A stretch of 64,000 nt of DNA from Planctomycetota bacterium (GTDB taxonomy: Bacteria > Planctomycetota > B15-G4 > SIAN01). The translations under genes and the position numbers were made by a program. This document shows, one piece after another, positions 28,101-37,733 of the stretch. The stretch is taken from positions 11,507-75,506 of the forward strand of contig JANNXA010000030.1 in assembly GCA_031409275.1 (NCBI GenBank). The letters run 5' to 3'. The notes beneath the pieces are model-generated. The model was not told the DNA's origin. It ran no database searches and was given only the letters and a program-made list of their open reading frames with translations. The number at the start of each line of letters is the position of its first letter. The stretch's first letter is position 1.

Positions 28101-29986
28101 AACTCCTGCTCCATTCGTTCGCGTCGATCGAGCGACGCGGTGAGCGGGAGTGGCAGGAGGAGATTCGCGGCAAGCCAGGCTCTTTCCTGCGAGTTCACGA
28201 GACCATCGGGCACGGCGCGTTATCCGGCGACAAGCTCGAGGGCGGCGAGGTGATCGTCGCCAGTCGATCGGTGCGCTGGATCGAGGACGCTGGCGCTGCA
28301 GCCGACGCCGCCGCGGCCCCCGCGACCGGCGCCGTCGCTGACAGCGACACGGCGCTCGCAACGACGCAGTTGCGACCAAGAGGCGGACCGTCATCGGATG
28401 TCGCGCTGCTCGAATCGATGGCGCTCCACCTCGCGCCGTCCCCCCGCCCGCGCACCCTCCGGCTCTTCCAGTACCGAGGCCCCGAAAGCGACCTCGCGAA
28501 GCTCGAGGCGTACGTCGCGGCCCGCTCGCTCGACGCGGAGCCGCTCGATCTCGCGGCGCTGTCGAAGCCGGGTCCGGCGCGCTGGGGCGAGCCGCTCGTC
28601 ACGCGCGGCACCGTCGCGCCCGATGACGCGGCCTACGTGGTCGACTCGCTCGAGCCGCCGTTCGAAAACCCGTGGCACGCGCTGCTCTACTTCAGCGGCA
28701 TCGACTTCCTGCCCGACGGACGGGCGGCGGTCTGCAGCGCGCACGGTGACGTCTGGCTGGTCGGCGGGATCGACGCGAGCCTGCAGCGCGTGACGTGGCA
28801 GCGCTTCGCGACCGGGCTTCACCAGCCGCTCGGATTGAAGGTGGTGGACGGGCGCGTGCTGATCGTCGGTCGCGACGGCCTCACGCGCCTGCACGACCTG
28901 AACGGCGATGGCGAAGCCGACTGGTACGAAGCGTTCCAGCGCGACGTGGTCGAGACCGGTGGCGATCACCTCTTCGCGATGAACCTGGAGCAACTGCCGG
29001 ATGGCAGCCTCCTCTTCGTGAAGAGCGGCGATCGCGGCACGGAGCACGGCGGTGCGCTGCTGCGGGCGAGCGCCGATGGTGCGACTCTCTCGCGCTTCGC
29101 CACCGGCTGGCGCCACGGCAACGGGCTCGCGATCAGCTCCACCGGCGAGATCGTCACGAGCGACAACCAGGGCAACTGGGTGCCGAGCACGCGGCTCGAC
29201 GTCGTGCGCGAAGGAGGCTTCCACGGCTACGTGCCGGCGTGGCGCGGCCGCGTCGAGATCGCGACGCACGCGGATGGAACGCCCGACGCCACGCCGACGA
29301 CGTTCGATCCGCCGCTCTGCTGGATCCCCCACGAGGTCGACAACTCGGCTGGTTCGCCGATCCATTGCGAACGGCGCGACTTCGGGCCGCTTTCCCATCA
29401 ATTGCTGCACCTGTCGTTTGGCAAGGCGCGTCTCTACGCGGTGCTGCGCGATGAACACGCCGCCGGCGTCGTCCCGCTGCCAGTCGACTTCCTCTCGGGG
29501 GCGATGCGCGGCGAGTTCAGCGCGAGTGACGGCGCGCTCTACGTGGTCGGCTGCGACGGCTGGCAGACAGCGGCGGTGCGCGACGGCTGCCTGCAGCGCG
29601 TCCGCTACACCGGCCTCCCCTTCCATCTGCCGAGCGAGCTGCACGTGCGGCGCGGCTGGATCTCGCTCGACTTCCCCGAACCGCTCGAGCGCGAGTCCGC
29701 CACGCGCCTCGATCGCTTCACGCTGACGCGCTGGAACTACCGCTGGAGCGGCGAGTACGGCAGCGCGAAGTACCGGCCGAGCATCGGCGACGGCCGCAGC
29801 GAGGTGGGCGAGGAAGCACTGCCGATCACGCGCGTCGAGCTCGCCCCGGACGCTCGCCGCCTCTTCCTCTTCGTCGACGACCTGCAACCGGTCGACCAGA
29901 TGCGCCTCACCTTCGACCTGCAAGCCGACGACGGCGCCATCGTGCGGGGCGCGGTCTACCCGACGGTGCATTCGATCGGGGAGTGA
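25145..29986 (+). CDS. Large multidomain protein: two ThuA-like domains, LamG, DUF6797-like region, sugar-dehydrogenase-like beta-propeller
   Basis: HPPGTHEY...GGH and GHDHPAHDW...DELY...GRVF...LGH (ThuA-like); DGEWHRIA...LDEIA (LamG); FATGLHQPLG, DLNGDGEAD and DNQGNWVP (propeller). Start uncertain. Confidence 0.75.
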   Translation: MVVQGGRDVVARLLLTLLATASIRFPEESDQAGALRLAPPLRRVLFLAGADDSHPPGTHEYAAAAIVLADALARSDVGSQVECEVHHGGWPADEAAIARADAIVLIAAGADQRREDHPFLLGERMAVVERAMARGCGLVVIHWGLFVPGDDPTLEPEILDASPAGRFLSWIGGFFDYERGPPPNGWKSRIVNRSHAVVAVDVDFPEPRHPVLNGFDYTLLIDDEFYDHLSFPLPERRKALHFTPLLARRDSTGGNGSAYDPNPSTLGDLIAFAVERPDGGRGVGFSGGHSLENYQPGRFQPFLLNAIAWTARLVIPPKGIAPPRDVPIRVKILTGHDHPAHDWRGVAATMHELLERDPRFEVTLATSIASSQIQIRNADDSPYVDAVVLACNHWDQPAESMGFTPFWQRALLDYVSDGGGLVLPHFAGSAFQAALPAGPASDWPAFRELLSARWWRYDAPASGHPASGHDDFGPFRVELTAERHPITAGATAWLAQDELYHSQAGTLSIAPLITAKSKQSGRYEPLAWAREVGRGRVFQSLLGHAPESYRSTGSARLFVRGVTWAAGVPLLELPGLEMRREADAGESKVRSGAGRDGAALDARLGHVETLGSDEFAARPGRSFTVECAARLFSTTNYNVLVTHQPHASAGHFDLDSRIGDGVFKAYLPGWEPSELPSPRAIVDGEWHRIAMQFDATASGRFDSPPIATVVLFVDGAEVLRATTRWRGRSDFVAGPLVVGASYEGTTPRCGSDALLDEIAVRRGLVAPTPREQVPTRDAATLLLETFDEPVPVASASPAVKAADLPWTPPPASGPDAPPWEKESDADWRDDRFAAMEYGRFLASTVRTPPSTGRERVAKGLTVKLGSANEVSWLFDTERCEFVAAWDGALQFEPARFGLLSAPTIPVAPLLFAAAGYDTARAAADRPVAAPRYRGRHRHGERVVLEYELAGAQLLESPSVVLPSESGLARPLLVRELEVGPNAEPVELLLHSFASIERRGEREWQEEIRGKPGSFLRVHETIGHGALSGDKLEGGEVIVASRSVRWIEDAGAAADAAAAPATGAVADSDTALATTQLRPRGGPSSDVALLESMALHLAPSPRPRTLRLFQYRGPESDLAKLEAYVAARSLDAEPLDLAALSKPGPARWGEPLVTRGTVAPDDAAYVVDSLEPPFENPWHALLYFSGIDFLPDGRAAVCSAHGDVWLVGGIDASLQRVTWQRFATGLHQPLGLKVVDGRVLIVGRDGLTRLHDLNGDGEADWYEAFQRDVVETGGDHLFAMNLEQLPDGSLLFVKSGDRGTEHGGALLRASADGATLSRFATGWRHGNGLAISSTGEIVTSDNQGNWVPSTRLDVVREGGFHGYVPAWRGRVEIATHADGTPDATPTTFDPPLCWIPHEVDNSAGSPIHCERRDFGPLSHQLLHLSFGKARLYAVLRDEHAAGVVPLPVDFLSGAMRGEFSASDGALYVVGCDGWQTAAVRDGCLQRVRYTGLPFHLPSELHVRRGWISLDFPEPLERESATRLDRFTLTRWNYRWSGEYGSAKYRPSIGDGRSEVGEEALPITRVELAPDARRLFLFVDDLQPVDQMRLTFDLQADDGAIVRGAVYPTVHSIGE

Positions 29987-30690
29987 GGGGCGCGCTGATC
30001 GGGGCATTCGGCCGCACGCATCCCCCTGCGGTTCCTGCCTCGGCCGCTCCGGTCCCCGACGTCGAGCTGCACGGGACCAGCAAGTTCTCGCGGCTCGAAG
30101 GTCGACGTTGGCCGCATCGACGGCAGCTCCGACCACGTAGTGAGCGGCGTCGGACACACGGTCGGTTCGCCCGCGTTCGAAGGCGCGATCGACGACACCG
30201 TGCGTGCCCTGGAGGCGTGATCGACGCCACCCAGTTCGAGAATCCGTTCGGCTTCGTCACCGCGAGTTGCGATTGGAACCGCGACGGCGTCGACGACCTC
30301 GCCGTCACGATCCTCTCCTGGTGGAACTACGCGCCGTCGCCGATCAACCCGGGCGCTGTCCGCATCTACCTCGGCTGCCCGGCCACGGCCGCGAGCTACG
30401 GCACAGGCTGGTTCGGCACGCAGCGCACGCCGACGCTCGGCCTGCTGCTGGTCGGCGTGGCCGACGCGAGCGTGCCGCTGAAGAGCGGCGCGACGCTGCT
30501 GGTCGCCGCCCCGTCCACGATCCCGATCACGATTCCCGCGACCGGGTGGAGCGACACCGACACCGTCCCGAACGACCCCGTGCTCTGCTTCCTCGACCTC
30601 TACTTGCAGGTCGTCGAGCTCGACGCCGGAGCGGTCGGCCGCCTCTCGTTCACCAACGGCCTGCAGCTGCGGATCGGCTTCGACCTCTGA
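29983..30690 (+). pseudogene. Probable degenerate FG-GAP protein retaining a C-terminal module
   Basis: First ~80 codons look non-coding; one DWNRDGVDDLAV repeat, then YGTG...PNDPVL...LYLQVVELD...SFTNGL tail that appears internally deleted relative to the similar tail in 36084-37709. Confidence 0.45.
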
Positions 30691-30716
30691 GCGCGGCGCG
30701 AGCCTATCGTCGCGGG

Positions 30717-32129
30717 ATGGACACCCTCCTCGCATCGATCGTGCTCGCGTTCCAGGCGGCCGCGGATGGCCCCGCGCACCCCACGCGCCCCGGCTTCGCG
30801 ATCGTCGCGCCTGCGGCATGGCGAGACGCGCTCGCGCCGTTCGCGCAAGCGCGCGCGGAGCAGTGGCGTGTCGAGCTGCTTTCGATCGAGGAGGTGCTGG
30901 CGGCCGGAGCCGCGGCAAACGACGCAGCGGTCGGAGCCGATGCTCCCGAGCGGCTCAAGCGCTGGCTCTACGACGGTTGGCGCGAACGCGGGCTCACTCA
31001 CGTGCTGCTGGTCGGCGACTGCGACGTGCTGCCGGTGCGTTTCATGGTGCTCGATCGCGGCACGCCGGCGGCGGCGGATCGCGCCTTCTACGCGTGCGAC
31101 CTCTATTACGCCGACGTCGCGCGCGACGACGGCAGCTTCGATGACTGGAATGGCGCCGATCTGGCCGCCGGCGGCGATCCGCGCTACTTCGGCGAAGTGC
31201 GGGGCGAGACGGAGAAGAGCTCGCCGATCAACTTCGACCGCATCTCCTACATCCCCGAACTCGCCGTCGGACGGTGGCCGGTCAGCGAGCTCGCCGCGCT
31301 GAACGCGGTGGTCGCGAAGACGCTCGCGTGGCGACCGAGCGAGCCGGCGCCGCGTGCGCTGGCGGTGCACGCCGGCGGCTGGATCGACGCGCGCGGCCCC
31401 GTGCAGGCAATGCTCGAAACGCTCGCCAGCAGCGGCTTCGCGACGTCGCATCAGCTCTTCGGCGATGAGGGTGGCGTGCCGACTCCGGCCAGCGTGAGCA
31501 GCGCGGTCGGCGGCGGCCTCGATCTCCTCTTCCACCTCGGGCACGGTTTCCCCGAAGGGTTCGATCGCTGCTTCGGCCCCGCCGAAGTCGATGCCTCGCG
31601 CAGCGCCCATCCCGCCGTCTGGTTCTCGGTGGGCTGCAACACCGCGTCGTTCTGCACCGAGCCGCCCTACCAGCCCTACGTCGACAGCGACGGGGTCGCG
31701 CATCGCGGCACGAACGCCGGCGAGCAGTTCACCGCGCCGCCCCCGCCACCCGCCTGCCTGTAACCCGGCTCGCTGAACTCGACCGGCGTCGGCGAAAGGC
31801 TGCTGCGCCTGCCCACCGGCGGCGCCATCGCCTACCTTGGCTGCAACACCGGCGCGCAACCGTGCGCCGTGACGCTGATGGAGGGGTTCGTGCAAGCGCT
31901 CGCGGCGCCGCCAGATGCGCCGGCGGGCGGCGTTGCCGCGGCCGCGGCCGGCGCCGCTCGCGCTGTCGGGCCCACCATCGGCGCGGCGTGGCGCGCCGCG
32001 CTCCACCACTACTTCGAGGCGCAGCAGCTCGCGACGCTGCAGCCGAACGCCGACTGGTATCCGCCGAGCATCTTCTTCCAGGGCATGAAGTTCATGCTGT
32101 TCGGCGATCCGACGCTGCGGCTGCGTTGA
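30717..32129 (+). pseudogene. Peptidase C25 (gingipain-like) family gene interrupted by in-frame TAA at 31761-31763
   Basis: VLLVGD, DLYYAD, PELAVGRWPV, HLGHG and SVGCNT before the stop; GGAIAYLG and LFGDPTL continue in the same frame after it. Confidence 0.8.
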
Positions 32130-32138
32130 GCGTTTCGT

Positions 32139-34862
32139 TCAGCCTCGCGCCTCGCATGCGCGACGCGCTTCGTCGATCGAGATGCGAACGGTGTCGGCAG
32201 GGAGGCCGAACCACGCGTCGGGATCGCAGGTGAAGACGATCAGCTGCAGCGACTCGGCGGCGCGCGCGAGGATCGGCAGCAGCTTGCCGCGGCGGCCGGG
32301 ATCGCAGTTCACCAGCGGATCGTCGAGCAGCAGCGCGTGGCGGCCATGCTGCGCCGCCCACAGCTCGCCGAGCGCGATGCGCGTCAGCAACGCCACCTGA
32401 TCCTGCGTGCCGGCGGAGAGGCGCTCGGTCTCGATCGGCGCGCGTTCGCCGCGGGCAAGCTGTTCTGGCAAGAGCCGCTCGCCGAAGAGCACCTCGCTCT
32501 TCGCGCCCAGCAGCGGTGTCAACATGCGCGACACCTTGTTCGCCAACGGCCGCACCAGCAGCTCGAGCTGGCCTTGCTGCGCGGCGTCGAGGCGAGTGCG
32601 CAGCAGGTCGGTCGCGGCGGCGTCGAGCTCGGCACGCGCGAGCGCCTCGGCGTTGGCCGCTCGACGCGCTTCGAGCTCGCCCTGCTGCTGCCACAGCGCG
32701 TCGCGCTGCAGCTGCTCGAGACGGCCGCGCAGCCGCGCCTGCTCGTCGCGCTCGGTCGCTCGTTGAGTGTCGAGGTCGGTCAGCGCCTGCTCCGCGGCGT
32801 TCGCTTCCGCATCGGCATCGCCGAGCCGTTCGCGCTCATCGGTGAGCGCCTTCGTCGCGGCGCGACGGTCGAGGAGCCGTCGCTGCGCCTGCTCCGCGGC
32901 GGTGGCGCGCGCGCCGTCGTCGAGGCCATCCGCCAGCAGCCGCTCGAGTTCACGCTCGATCGAAGCGAGCGTCGCCTGCGCCACTGCCTGCGCCTGGGCC
33001 GATTTCGCCTCGCGCTCGCGCTCGCTCTCCCGTTGCGCGATGGCGCGCTGGTGAGCCGTACGCGCGGCCAGCAGCGTCAGGTCGAGCTGACGACGCCGAT
33101 CGGCCAGCGCATCGCGTTGCGCCGCCAGCGTGGCTTCGCTCGGCGGCGCGCTGCTCCATTGCGGATGGAGTTCGATCAGCCGCTGGGCGATGGCCTGCTC
33201 GCGCACGCGCTGCTCGCTCGCGGCGCGGCGAGCGGTGTCGTCGACGAAGCGCTCGGCGCGCGCCTTCGCCAACTGCGCCAGCTCCGCTTCGATCGCCTGC
33301 CGTTCCTGCGCCAGCTCTTCGAGCGCCTCGGGATCGCTGGTCGCGAAGGGGCGCGCCGCGGCGTCGAGCTCGATCGTCAACGCGCGTTGCCGCTGCTCGA
33401 GCAGCGCGCGCTCCGCGACCTCGGGCCCGCGCACCACCATGCGACCGATGCCGGCGAGCTCGAACGCGAGCGGATCTCCGCCGCGCAGTTCGAACGTCGC
33501 GCCGGTCGCGACCGCGGTCGGCCCCTCCGGCGCACGCAGTTCGAGATCGCGCTCGGCGGTCAGCGTCACGCGCAGCTCGAACGCCGCGAGACGGCGCGCA
33601 AGATCGGCGCGCTCGTCGACCAGCTTGCGCACGCGCTTCACGTCGTCGCGACGCGGACGCGCACGCTCGGCGAGGCGACCCTCCTGCGCCACCTGCTGCA
33701 CCGCGAGTTCGCGATCCTGGGTCAGCCGCGAGTCGAGCTGGGCGATGGCCACTCGCGCGCGTTGCAGCTCGATCCCGTCGCGTTGCTGCGCCTCGTCGAC
33801 CTCGAGTGATTGGCGCTGGCGCTCGACTTCGGATTCGGCCGCTCGCGCCTGTTCGATCTCCTTCACCGACCAGGCGAGCGCATCGCGATGTCGCTTGAGC
33901 TCCACCTCCGCTTCCGCCTTGGCGTTGGCGGCCTGCGTTCGCGCGAGGCGATTCGTCGCGACCGCGCCGAGGGAGCGCGCGGCCTGCTCCGCCGACTGGA
34001 TGGCCGCCTGCTCGAGTTCACCGGCCGCGGCCAGCTGCTGGTCGAGCGTGCGGGCACGATCGCGAGCGTGGCGCGCCGCCGCACGCCGTCGCTCGAACTC
34101 GATGCGTCGTTGCGCGAGCTGCGCCGCGCGCACCGGATCGGGCGTGAGGCCTTGCTCGATGCGGTGCACCTCGGCGAGGCGTTGATCGAGGAGGAGCGCC
34201 GATTCGCTCAGCGCCGCGGCTTCGCGCCTCGCGACGTCGAGCGGCGAACCCTTCTTCTCGCCGCGTCCCTTGTCGGTGAAGAGCTCCGACCAGCGCTTGC
34301 GCACGCGCGCGAGCAGTTCGTGCGTGCCGCTGGTCGTGAGGACGCCGCCCATCAGCGGGAGCAGCTGCTCGCGCGTGCGCTCTCCCAACGCGGCGCCGAA
34401 GCGCAGCCGCCCTTGCGGCACCAGCAGGATCTCCGCGATGCCGCGCAGTTCGGGGCCGCCGAGCCCGCGTCCGGCGTACGCGAAGTCGAGTCGCTGGCGC
34501 AGCGCGTCGTCGGCCGCTTCGCCGTCCGCGATCGGCTCGAACCGCTCGCCGCGCCATTCCGCGAGCTCCGCGCTCGGCTTGCTGACGAACTGCTTGCGCA
34601 GCCGAAGTCGCCGTCCGCCCGTTTCGAGCTCGATCTCGACGCGCGGCGCGACGGCGGCGCCACGCGGGACGATCGCCGCCTCGACTTCCGCGCCTCCGGT
34701 GCGATGGCGCTGGAAGAGGGCGTGCTCGATCGCGGCCAGCAGTGTCGACTTGCCCGCTTCGTTGGGACCGTGGATCAGCGTGATGCGCGCGCCGAACGTG
34801 GAGATCAGCGCGCCAGGGTTGAGTCCGGCGAAACGCTCGACGAGGAGGCGATGCAGGATCAT
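32139..34862 (-). CDS. SMC-like coiled-coil ATPase (SbcC/Rad50/YhaN-like)
   Basis: GPNEAGKS Walker A, long coiled coil, LSAGTQDQ signature, LLLDDPLVNCD Walker B; ATGA overlap with upstream nuclease. Confidence 0.9.
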   Translation of the reverse strand: MILHRLLVERFAGLNPGALISTFGARITLIHGPNEAGKSTLLAAIEHALFQRHRTGGAEVEAAIVPRGAAVAPRVEIELETGGRRLRLRKQFVSKPSAELAEWRGERFEPIADGEAADDALRQRLDFAYAGRGLGGPELRGIAEILLVPQGRLRFGAALGERTREQLLPLMGGVLTTSGTHELLARVRKRWSELFTDKGRGEKKGSPLDVARREAAALSESALLLDQRLAEVHRIEQGLTPDPVRAAQLAQRRIEFERRRAAARHARDRARTLDQQLAAAGELEQAAIQSAEQAARSLGAVATNRLARTQAANAKAEAEVELKRHRDALAWSVKEIEQARAAESEVERQRQSLEVDEAQQRDGIELQRARVAIAQLDSRLTQDRELAVQQVAQEGRLAERARPRRDDVKRVRKLVDERADLARRLAAFELRVTLTAERDLELRAPEGPTAVATGATFELRGGDPLAFELAGIGRMVVRGPEVAERALLEQRQRALTIELDAAARPFATSDPEALEELAQERQAIEAELAQLAKARAERFVDDTARRAASEQRVREQAIAQRLIELHPQWSSAPPSEATLAAQRDALADRRRQLDLTLLAARTAHQRAIAQRESEREREAKSAQAQAVAQATLASIERELERLLADGLDDGARATAAEQAQRRLLDRRAATKALTDERERLGDADAEANAAEQALTDLDTQRATERDEQARLRGRLEQLQRDALWQQQGELEARRAANAEALARAELDAAATDLLRTRLDAAQQGQLELLVRPLANKVSRMLTPLLGAKSEVLFGERLLPEQLARGERAPIETERLSAGTQDQVALLTRIALGELWAAQHGRHALLLDDPLVNCDPGRRGKLLPILARAAESLQLIVFTCDPDAWFGLPADTVRISIDEARRACEARG

Positions 34863-36040
34863 CGGGGCGCCTCGCCGCGCGCTTGCGCGTGAAGCTCGAA
34901 CAGGAGATCGAGCGCGCGCTGCGCCACGGCAGCGGCGTGCGCGTCGGCGCCGAGCGACGTCGCCTCGATTAGCAACGTGCGCGCGGCGGTCTGCGGCGCA
35001 CCGGCCGGAAGCTGCTCGATCCAGTCCGCGCCATCGGGCCTCGTGACGAGGCCCTCGGTCCGCAAGCGCGCGTGGAGGAAGCGACCGCTCGCCAGGACGC
35101 GCAGTGCCTCGACCGCGGCGCGCTCCGCGGTGGTGAGCGCACCTTCGAGCCGCAGATCGAGCAGCACGCTGTCGCGCGAAGCGGCCGGCTCCGCGTCGAG
35201 CTCGCGGCGCAAGGCCTCGATCGCGGCAGCGTCCGCCAGTCGGCGCGCGGCGGGCTGGCGCCACTCGAGCTTCGCGGTCCGCAGCGCCTCGATCTGCGGT
35301 GGAGCACCGGGTGTCGTCAACGTCACCAGCAGGCACTCGCCGCTCTCGCCTTGCTCGTTGCGCTCGCCAAACGCCGTCGGCTCATGCGCGCTGCAATAGG
35401 CCGCGCGCACGACCCCGTCGACCGCGTAACGCGACGGACGATGCCAGTGGCCGAGCGCCAGCCAATCGAGGCCAGCGCGTGTGACGTGGCGCAGGTCGAG
35501 CGGGAAGTCGCCGGCGATCTCGTCATCGGGTGCCGCCGCGCCGCGCACGGAACCATGGGCGACGCCGATGCGAAAGCGCTCGCGAGGCGAACCGGACGGC
35601 GGTGCATCGGGGAGCGTGGCGAGCGGATCGTCGGTCGATTTGCGCGTGCGCAGCGGGCAGGCGAAGAGATCGGCGTGCCCGACCGCGTAGGGACCCGGCT
35701 CGCGCAACACGGTGACCTTCGCCCCGGCGTCGCGCCACGCCGGGTGGTCGAACAGCCCGCCCGGCACGAGGGGATCGTGGTTGGCGGGCAGGACGAAGAC
35801 GGGCGCCGCGCTGACGCGCAGGAGGTCGACGACCTCCTGCACCAGCGCTGGGGCAACCGTGGTGTGCTCGAAGGTGTCGCCGGCGAGGATCAGCGCGTCG
35901 ACGCCGCGCTCGTTCGCCAACGCGACGACGCGGCGTGCCGATTCGAGCCGCGCTGCCTGGATCCGCGCCGCCACGGGGCCGGCGTGGGCCGCCTTCATCC
36001 CCATCTGCCAGTCGGCCGTGTGCAGGAGCCGGAAGGTCAT
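34859..36040 (-). CDS. DNA repair exonuclease, SbcD/Mre11/YhaO-like
   Basis: LHTADWQMG, AGDTFE, PANHDP, AHGS and ALGHWH motifs. Confidence 0.9.
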   Translation of the reverse strand: MTFRLLHTADWQMGMKAAHAGPVAARIQAARLESARRVVALANERGVDALILAGDTFEHTTVAPALVQEVVDLLRVSAAPVFVLPANHDPLVPGGLFDHPAWRDAGAKVTVLREPGPYAVGHADLFACPLRTRKSTDDPLATLPDAPPSGSPRERFRIGVAHGSVRGAAAPDDEIAGDFPLDLRHVTRAGLDWLALGHWHRPSRYAVDGVVRAAYCSAHEPTAFGERNEQGESGECLLVTLTTPGAPPQIEALRTAKLEWRQPAARRLADAAAIEALRRELDAEPAASRDSVLLDLRLEGALTTAERAAVEALRVLASGRFLHARLRTEGLVTRPDGADWIEQLPAGAPQTAARTLLIEATSLGADAHAAAVAQRALDLLFELHAQARGEAPR

Positions 36041-36083
36041 GGCGACAGAGGTTATAGAAGCGCGCCACCTGCGGAGCTGCGCC

Positions 36084-37709
36084 GTGAACCCATCGATCGT
36101 CTGCGCACGTTTCGTCGCCGCCTGGCTGATGGTCGGCGCCCTCGCGCACGCGCAACTCGGCCCGCCGCCGGCACCGCCCGAGAACCCGATCACGGCGGAG
36201 AAGGCGCTCCTCGGCAAGATCCTCTTCTGGGACGAGCAGCTGTCGAGCGACCGAACGATGGCGTGCGGCAGCTGTCACCAGCCACGAGTCGGCGGCTCCG
36301 ATCCGGCCACCTTTCGCAGCGCCGGGTACGACGGACAGCTCTTCACGCGTGACGATCGATTCGGCTCGCCGGGCGTTCGTCTCGCGGACGCAAGCGGTGC
36401 CTACCTTCGCTCTGGCGTGGGCTTCGAGCGGCAGGTGACCGACCGGCTCGCGCCCGAGTTCATGACGGCCGCCTTCTTCGACGAGCTCTTCTGGGATGGC
36501 CGCGCAAAGGGCCGCTTCGTCGATCCGGCCACCGGCAAGCAGGCGATCGCCAGCGGCGGCGCACTCGAGAGCCAGCTGGTCGGACCGCCGGTCTCCGCCG
36601 TCGAAATGGGCCACGCCGGCCGCGCCTGGAGCGACATCGAACTCCTCCTCGCCGACGTCTCGCCGCTGGCTCTCGCGAGCGATTGGCCGAGCGACGTCGC
36701 CGCCGCGCTCGCCCGTGATCCCACCTATCCCGACCTCTTTCGCAGCGCCTTCGGCGACCCCGCGATCAGCACCACGCGGATCGCCTTCGCCATCGCCACC
36801 TACGAGCGCACCTTGGCGCCGCGCAAGACGCCGTGGGATCTATGGACCGCCGGCAGTCCGCTCGCGTTGAGCGCGGCGCAGCAGCGCGGCCTGACCGTGT
36901 TCCAGGGCAAGGGGCGCTGCGCCATGTGCCACACGCCGCCGCTCTTCTCCGACGACAACTTCCATCAGATCGGCAGCTCGCCGTGGCAGGACGATGCCGG
37001 CCGCGCGAAGGTCACCGGCCGCTTCGCCGATCGCGGCCGCTTCAAGACGCCGACGCTGCGCAACGCGGGCCTGCGGCCGCGCTTCCTGCACGACGGCCGC
37101 TTCCAGACGCTGCAGCAGGTGATCGACTTCTACGTGCGCGGCGGCGACTTCCGCGACAACCTCGACGTGCTGATGCTGCCGGTCGCACTGACCGTCGACG
37201 AGCAGCTCGACCTGCTCGATTTCCTGGCGAACGGCCTCACCGATCCCGACGTCGCCAGCGAGAGCGGCCTCTACTCACGGCCAGCGCTGCATGCCGAGCG
37301 AGCGCCCAATCCGTCGCTCTACGGCGAAGGCAGCGCGGGCAGCGGCGGGATCGAGCCACGCCTGATCGCGCAGACGCCGCCACAGCTCGGCCATGAGACG
37401 TTTCGGCTGGCGATCGTCGACGGGCTCGGCGGGGCGGCGGCGCTGCTGGCGCTGGCGAGCGAGGAGGCGCCGGCCGGCAGCGACTGGAACGGCATCCCGC
37501 TCCACGTCGCCTGCGATCCGCTGCCCTATCTCGTCCCGCTGGTGCTGTCGGGAAACGGGGCGGGCACCGGCGATGCCACCTTCGTGCTGCCGCTCGCGGA
37601 TGACCCCGCGCTCCTGGGCGCGGAGTGGTATGCGCAGGCGTTCGTCGAGGATTCGAATGCGATCGGCGGCTGGTCGGCGACGTCGGGAGCGAAGTGCGTC
37701 TTCGAGTAG
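36084..37709 (+). CDS. Diheme cytochrome c peroxidase / MauG family with extra C-terminal module
   Basis: ENPITAEKALLGKILFWDEQLS, CGSCH, FWDGRA, CAMCH, FKTPTLRN and FLHDG motifs; signal peptide. Confidence 0.9.
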   Translation: MNPSIVCARFVAAWLMVGALAHAQLGPPPAPPENPITAEKALLGKILFWDEQLSSDRTMACGSCHQPRVGGSDPATFRSAGYDGQLFTRDDRFGSPGVRLADASGAYLRSGVGFERQVTDRLAPEFMTAAFFDELFWDGRAKGRFVDPATGKQAIASGGALESQLVGPPVSAVEMGHAGRAWSDIELLLADVSPLALASDWPSDVAAALARDPTYPDLFRSAFGDPAISTTRIAFAIATYERTLAPRKTPWDLWTAGSPLALSAAQQRGLTVFQGKGRCAMCHTPPLFSDDNFHQIGSSPWQDDAGRAKVTGRFADRGRFKTPTLRNAGLRPRFLHDGRFQTLQQVIDFYVRGGDFRDNLDVLMLPVALTVDEQLDLLDFLANGLTDPDVASESGLYSRPALHAERAPNPSLYGEGSAGSGGIEPRLIAQTPPQLGHETFRLAIVDGLGGAAALLALASEEAPAGSDWNGIPLHVACDPLPYLVPLVLSGNGAGTGDATFVLPLADDPALLGAEWYAQAFVEDSNAIGGWSATSGAKCVFE

Positions 37710-37733
37710 GCGACGCTCACGAAGGCGACAAGC

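Noticed and set aside
31761..31763. Stop-codon recoding in the C25 peptidase
   Set aside because: The codon is TAA, not TGA or TAG, and TAA serves as a normal stop at 16858-16860.
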